Source of the DNA: an uncultured Candidatus Saccharibacteria bacterium
Lineage (GTDB): Bacteria; Patescibacteriota; Minisyncoccia; Phycocordibacterales; Phycocordibacteraceae
Reading direction: 5' to 3'
Length of the DNA stretch: 47,535 nt
Assembly: GCA_964535425.1 (NCBI GenBank)
Contig: CAZHSZ010000001.1
Coordinates: 32,489 to 80,023 of the forward strand
The translations under genes were made by a program, and so were the position numbers. Below are positions 43,382 to 47,535 of this stretch, in pieces. Under the pieces are notes generated by a model that saw only the letters and a program-made list of their open reading frames with translations, did no database searches and was not told the DNA's origin. The stretch's first letter is position 1. The number at the start of each line of letters is the position of its first letter.

Positions 43382-43852
43382 TTAAGCGACTTTTTGGACG
43401 GTGTAGGTCTGCTTTCCGTTCGGAGTTTCAAAAGTGAAGACGTCCCCCTTCTTCTTTCCCATAAGCGCGGCACCGAGCGGAGAGACGTGGGAGAGCTTGT
43501 GCTCGCGCATATCGGCTTCTTCGCTGCCCACTATCTTGTATTCGTGCGCCTCGCCACCCTCTTTCTTTATGGTGACGGAAGAACCGAATCCGACGATATC
43601 CTTCTTCTTGCCGTCGGTCATGATGTGCGCGCGCTTCACCAATTCCTCGAGCTTGCGGATGCGCTCTTCGGTCGCTGCCTGGAGTTCTCGGGCCTCCTGG
43701 TATTCGGCATTTTCAGAGAGGTCGCCGAGGCTGCGTGCGTATTCGAGGTTCTTCGCGATTTCAGCGCGGCGCACCGTCTTCAGCTGTTCAAGCTCCTTCG
43801 CGAGCTCATCGAATTTCTCCTGGCTTAGCACAGTATCCTGCTGATCGGTCAT
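43382..43852 (-). CDS. greA: Transcription elongation factor GreA
   Basis: N-terminal coiled-coil (LEQLKTVRRAEIAKNLEYARSLGDLSENAEYQEARE) and the C-terminal FKBP-like domain (ISHVSPLGAALMGKKKGD). Confidence 0.95.
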   Translation of the reverse strand: MTDQQDTVLSQEKFDELAKELEQLKTVRRAEIAKNLEYARSLGDLSENAEYQEARELQAATEERIRKLEELVKRAHIMTDGKKKDIVGFGSSVTIKKEGGEAHEYKIVGSEEADMREHKLSHVSPLGAALMGKKKGDVFTFETPNGKQTYTVQKVA

Positions 43853-43876
43853 GAAAATGTGGTTAGTAGTTCCCCT

Positions 43877-43904
43877 ATTGTACGGGTCGCAACCGCCCCG
43901 TCAA
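43877..43904 (-). promoter_or_regulatory. greA promoter TTGACG-N16-TACAAT
   Basis: Minus strand reads cTTGACGgggcggttgcgacccgTACAATagggga. Overlaps the mrdA stop codon. About 24-nt leader with AGGGGA. Confidence 0.55.
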
Positions 43905-45583
43905 TCAGGGTTTATCCCGAAGTATTCCGGAGCCGTTTGGCGAAGTTTGCTAAATACCTGGCTCATCACGTAAATGCCTCCGGTTGGGTTCCCCGCCGGC
44001 CCCTTCTCCATTACCACCACCCACGCATACTTCGGTTTGTCATACGGAAAGAAACCGACCGACCAGGAATTGTAGTACTCGTTATGGAGTCCGAGCTGCG
44101 CGGTACCGGTCTTGCCCGCGCCTTTCACATACGAGAGCGGATTCAAGCCCACCGAAGTTCCCTCAAGCACGCCAAGACGCATGCCCTCGCGCGCGATACG
44201 GAGCGCATCCTGGTTGATGACGATGCTTTCGCCCTCTATCGGCTTATCCTTTATCAGCGTTGGCTTCAGGAGTTTTCCGTTGTTCGCGATTGCGGCGACC
44301 GCGCGTATCGCCTCAAGCGGAGTCACCTGCATCGAGTACTGCCCGATGGCGGTATGGTACGTATTGCCGATGCGCCAGTCCTCGTCGTACGTCTCTTTTT
44401 TCCACGCGGGCGTCGGCACGAATCCCGTATTCTCGCCGGATATCTCGATGCCCGTTTTCTTCGTGAATCCGAACGAATCGTACCAGTATTTCAACCGGTC
44501 GATGCCGAGTCCTTTCTGCCCCCCGAACCCACCGCCGATGGTATAGAAATACACGTCGGAAGAAACGGCGATTGCATGGCGCATGTCGGTTGCGCCGTGC
44601 GCTTTCCAGTCCTTGAAGACGGTGGGCTTCGACGGGTCGTACGGATTCGGGATTGAAATGGAGCCGGTCGAGACAATCGCCTTGTCCGCGGAAATAATGC
44701 CGTCGCTATAGGCGCCCGCGGCAATCATCGGCTTCACGATGGAACCCGGCGTATAGAGCCCGGAGACCGGCCGGTCGAGATACGGCTCGCGCGAGTCGGT
44801 TGTGTAGGAGGCGATGATGTCGCGCTCGCTTCCGGAGGAAAGCACGTTCGGATTGTATTCGGGATAGGAGACGAGCGCGTGTATCTCCCCCGTCTCGACA
44901 TCCATCAGAAGTCCGGCGCCGCCCTTGAACGGAATCTTATCGGCAAGCTCCTTGATGGCGCCGTAGAACGCCTCCTGCACGCGCGCATCGATGGAGAGCG
45001 TGAGGGTCTCGCCGTTTTTGGCCGCCACGATGCTACCCTGCGACTCGATGGTGCCGCGCGCATCCTCTTCGATGAGGAGCGTACCGTTTACGCCGGCGAG
45101 CCGCTCGTTAAACGCGCGCTCGACGCCCGCAAGGCCTTCTATTTCCGTATCGTAGTAATTCCCCGCCTTATCCTTTTCCGGATACGAGACGTAGCCGAGG
45201 ATATGGCCGAACCCGGGAGAAATGTATTTTCGGTCCGGATAGCCGTCTTCGCCCGATTCATTCCAGGCAAGCGGAACCCCGTTACGGTCCGTTATCGCGC
45301 CGCGCTCGGCGAATATCACCTCAGGGCGCAGGCGGTTCTTTTCGCTCTGGCGCGCGTAGGATGCGCCTTTCCCTATTTCGAGGTTTGCCGCCTGGGCGAA
45401 GAGCCCGACGAACAGAAGCGAGATGCCAAGCGTAAGTCCGAGGAATGCGGTACGGGATACCGGGCGCTCGAGCCGACCCTCAAGGCGGGCATGGTCGAAG
45501 TCCGGAAGATTCGAAGAATCGAGGAAGATTTCGTCCGGAGCGAGCTCACGTTCGGCTTTTCTGCGCCGCTTTCGAAATAGCAT
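43901..45583 (-). CDS. mrdA: Penicillin-binding protein 2 (elongasome D,D-transpeptidase)
   Basis: Start set to ATG 45583 (MLFRKRRRKAEREL...), overlapping the mreD stop (TGATG). SxxK (GSIVKPM), SxD (SSDVYFY), KTGTAQ. Confidence 0.9.
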   Translation of the reverse strand: MLFRKRRRKAERELAPDEIFLDSSNLPDFDHARLEGRLERPVSRTAFLGLTLGISLLFVGLFAQAANLEIGKGASYARQSEKNRLRPEVIFAERGAITDRNGVPLAWNESGEDGYPDRKYISPGFGHILGYVSYPEKDKAGNYYDTEIEGLAGVERAFNERLAGVNGTLLIEEDARGTIESQGSIVAAKNGETLTLSIDARVQEAFYGAIKELADKIPFKGGAGLLMDVETGEIHALVSYPEYNPNVLSSGSERDIIASYTTDSREPYLDRPVSGLYTPGSIVKPMIAAGAYSDGIISADKAIVSTGSISIPNPYDPSKPTVFKDWKAHGATDMRHAIAVSSDVYFYTIGGGFGGQKGLGIDRLKYWYDSFGFTKKTGIEISGENTGFVPTPAWKKETYDEDWRIGNTYHTAIGQYSMQVTPLEAIRAVAAIANNGKLLKPTLIKDKPIEGESIVINQDALRIAREGMRLGVLEGTSVGLNPLSYVKGAGKTGTAQLGLHNEYYNSWSVGFFPYDKPKYAWVVVMEKGPAGNPTGGIYVMSQVFSKLRQTAPEYFGINPD

Positions 45584-45834
45584 CAGGTAATAATACGCGC
45601 CTTCACGAATTGGCGCACGAGCACGCAGGCGGCGGCGATAAGTACCCCGCACACGGTTCCAAGCGGAAGAAGCGACGATTCAGGGACATAGTAGAGAAGG
45701 TCGACCAGCATTCCCACCAAGAGCGGGACGGCAGGCAGGAAAAACCCTGCCGCCGCGGACAAGAGCAGTGTGAGCGGAAACGGAAAAAAGAACGGCGAGA
45801 GGAACGCGGCGACCGAGAAAACGATGCGCATCAT
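45583..45834 (-). CDS. mreD: Miniature MreD-like membrane protein
   Basis: 83 aa, 2-3 TM helices. Assigned only from its position between mreC and mrdA, with ATGA and TGATG overlaps at its two ends. Confidence 0.45.
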   Translation of the reverse strand: MMRIVFSVAAFLSPFFFPFPLTLLLSAAAGFFLPAVPLLVGMLVDLLYYVPESSLLPLGTVCGVLIAAACVLVRQFVKARIIT

Positions 45835-46586
45835 GGCGAGGGTGAAGCGAGTATGGAAACGGAGGTCATCGTGAACGGATTAGCGAACGGCCGGATGGAG
45901 ACGGTCGCGCGCGGCGAAGACGGCTCGCTCTCGACCTTTACGACGACGCCCACCGGGTACGCGAGCGCGCCTGGAAGATATACCTGGTCGCCTTCGACTA
46001 CACCGGACTCGCGCGCAATATCAGCCTCGAAGGTTCCGGCGCCTGCGCCGCGAAGCGTAATCGGGTGGCGTTTCTCGCCTACCCACCCGTCCGTCGTTCT
46101 GCCCGAAGAGGAGAAGAGTACGACGCGCGCGCTCTCCGCCGCGACGCTCTCCACGACTCCGACCGGAATGTGGCGCGAAAACACGCGCATCCCCTCGTAC
46201 ACCCCATCCTCGCTTCCGGCAGCCACGATGAGCACGTCATAAGGAGCAAGCGGCGGTCGGGCGATGACCCCCGCCTCGATTCCCTGCGCGGAATGGTCGA
46301 TTTCCGCGTTGGCTTTCAAGAGCCGGTTCTCATTCCTGAGCGTCTCGTTTTCCGCCTGAAGCGAGTCGAGACGCGCACGGTTCGCTTCAGCGCTCTCCTC
46401 AAGCGCGGCGGCTCCGGAAAGCGCGTTTCCGAGATGCCACAACGGCGAAAATACCGTCACGAAGAATCCCGGAAACAAAAGGCGGATACCAAGCAGTATG
46501 AAAAGTACGCCTGCCGCGATTGCGGCGGCGATGCCCTGCGCGGGCGTGATGAACCGCTTAGGTTTGCGGAAGTATTGCGTCTTCAT
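45831..46586 (-). CDS. mreC: Rod shape-determining protein MreC
   Basis: N-terminal TM, coiled-coil LDSLQAENETLRNENRLLKA, C-terminal beta domains (GMRVFSRHIPVGVVESV). Overlaps the mreB 3' end. Confidence 0.85.
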   Translation of the reverse strand: MKTQYFRKPKRFITPAQGIAAAIAAGVLFILLGIRLLFPGFFVTVFSPLWHLGNALSGAAALEESAEANRARLDSLQAENETLRNENRLLKANAEIDHSAQGIEAGVIARPPLAPYDVLIVAAGSEDGVYEGMRVFSRHIPVGVVESVAAESARVVLFSSSGRTTDGWVGEKRHPITLRGAGAGTFEADIARESGVVEGDQVYLPGALAYPVGVVVKVESEPSSPRATVSIRPFANPFTMTSVSILASPSP

Positions 46587-47535
46587 GCAGGAATATGCCG
46601 CTCCACACGCGCGGGTCTTCGGTGATGATGCCCGTGCCCCGCACGACTGCGGTCAGAGGGTCGGTAGCGACGAATACCGGTACGCCGAGCATTTTGGAGA
46701 GGAGCTCCGGAAGTCCCCGCAAGAGAGCGCCGCCTCCGAAGACGGTTACGCCGCGCTCAAGCACGTCGGAGAGGAGCTCCGGGGGCGTAGACTCAATGAC
46801 TTCCTTCATCGCCTCCATAAGCTTGTCCAAGGACGGCTGGAGCGCTTCGCGTATATGCGTATCGGTAAGAGTGACTTCGCGCGGAAGGCCGGTTGCAAGG
46901 TCGCGTCCGCGCACCGCCTGAGTAAGCGGCGTTGCAAGCGGAAGCACCGCGCCGATGCCGATTTTCACGTCTTCCGCGGTCTTTTCCCCGATGGCGAGTT
47001 GGAATTCGCTTCGCACGAAGTCGATGATGTTTTCATTAAACCGGTCGCCGGCGACGTGCGAGCTCTTCGACGCAACCGTACCACCAAGCGCGATGACCGC
47101 GATGTCGGTCGTGCCGCCGCCAATATCGAGCACCATGGTGCCGACCGGTTCCGTGACCGGAAGCTTCGCGCCTATCGCCCCCGCCATCGTCTCTTCGACG
47201 ATGAACACCTCACGAGCACCGGAAGCAAGTGCCGCGTCGCGCACCGCGCGGCTCTCCACGTTTGTGACGCCCGTCGGAACGCCCACGACGACGCGCGGCC
47301 CAAAAAGGCGCGTGCGATCTCCCTGCGCTTTGCGGATAAGGTACGCAAGCAGTTCTTCCGTCACTTCAAAATCGGAAATAACGCCGTGGGAGAGCGGGCG
47401 TACGGCGCGTACGTGCGGCGGGGTCTTGCCGAGCATTATCTTCGCTTCCTTGCCTATCGCCACTACTTGTCCGGTCTTGTCGTTCACCGTCACTACCGAC
47501 GGCTCGCTCATCACGATGCCGCGGCCGCGGACATA
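46558..47535 (-). CDS. mreB: Rod shape-determining protein MreB (5' end beyond the window)
   Basis: Collinear with MreB from NEPSVV onward (DIGGGTTDIAVIALGG, GGGALLRGL). The frame stays open to the window edge (YVRGRGIVMSEPSVV), so about 20-30 N-terminal codons are missing. Confidence 0.95.
   Translation of the reverse strand, partial: YVRGRGIVMSEPSVVTVNDKTGQVVAIGKEAKIMLGKTPPHVRAVRPLSHGVISDFEVTEELLAYLIRKAQGDRTRLFGPRVVVGVPTGVTNVESRAVRDAALASGAREVFIVEETMAGAIGAKLPVTEPVGTMVLDIGGGTTDIAVIALGGTVASKSSHVAGDRFNENIIDFVRSEFQLAIGEKTAEDVKIGIGAVLPLATPLTQAVRGRDLATGLPREVTLTDTHIREALQPSLDKLMEAMKEVIESTPPELLSDVLERGVTVFGGGALLRGLPELLSKMLGVPVFVATDPLTAVVRGTGIITEDPRVWSGIFLHEDAILPQT

Noticed and set aside
14616-46242. 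Other long antisense or overlapping ORFs (e.g. 14616..15500, 21309..22103, 25468..26181, 27254..28675, 36043..37452, 38805..39743, 43859..44656, 44879..45580, 45445..46242)
   Set aside because: Each lies entirely opposite a gene with unmistakable conserved motifs (LOG, cysS, rmuC, ATPase, murF/ftsI, rsmH, mrdA, mreC). Their products are Arg/Ala/Ser/Pro-rich, typical of out-of-frame GC-rich translation.
1-47535. Alternative genetic code (e.g. UGA recoding, as in some candidate phyla)
   Set aside because: All conserved genes translate full-length with the standard code. TGA is used as a genuine stop (e.g. the mreC and mreD stops in ATGA/TGATG overlaps, and the corA stop).

Overview
GC-rich bacterial chromosome segment with about 50 protein genes and one tRNA. 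No rRNA, CRISPR array, transposase or integrase was recognised. Housekeeping content: mraZ-rsmH-ftsL-ftsI-murF; mreB-mreC-mreD-mrdA; greA; a class I lysyl-tRNA synthetase; cysS-dnaB-recR; rpmA, rplI and rplU; rmuC; a P-type ATPase; corA; an S41 protease. The gene set, small proteins and promoter style suggest a reduced-genome, Patescibacteria/CPR-like organism. That is inference only, since no marker rRNA lies in the window. The standard genetic code fits: long ORFs read through cleanly and TGA is used as a stop. The accessory block at 2.1-13.8 kb is the main candidate for an undescribed system. It holds (a) a tightly packed operon encoding a Tat-signal protein, a signal-less 810-aa beta-rich protein, two acidic proteins and its own tatC-tatA, followed by (b) a giant secreted repeat-fibre protein (~1420 aa) ending in a dockerin module and two membrane-anchored cohesin-domain proteins. 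Other signals: two ~1 kb gene-free, hairpin-dense regions (13.8-14.8 kb and 40.2-41.3 kb) with candidate sRNAs. A consensus-promoter-driven ~125-nt RNA upstream of rplU carries a perfect 16-nt complement to the canonical 16S rRNA 3' tail. A -10 hexamer lies 6-9 nt before the ATG at about 17 genes, which suggests leaderless mRNAs. An MraZ-box-like operator precedes mraZ. The tRNA-Glu 3' end is sequestered in a 24-bp trailer hairpin. All functional calls rest on motif recognition by eye; no searches or computations were run.
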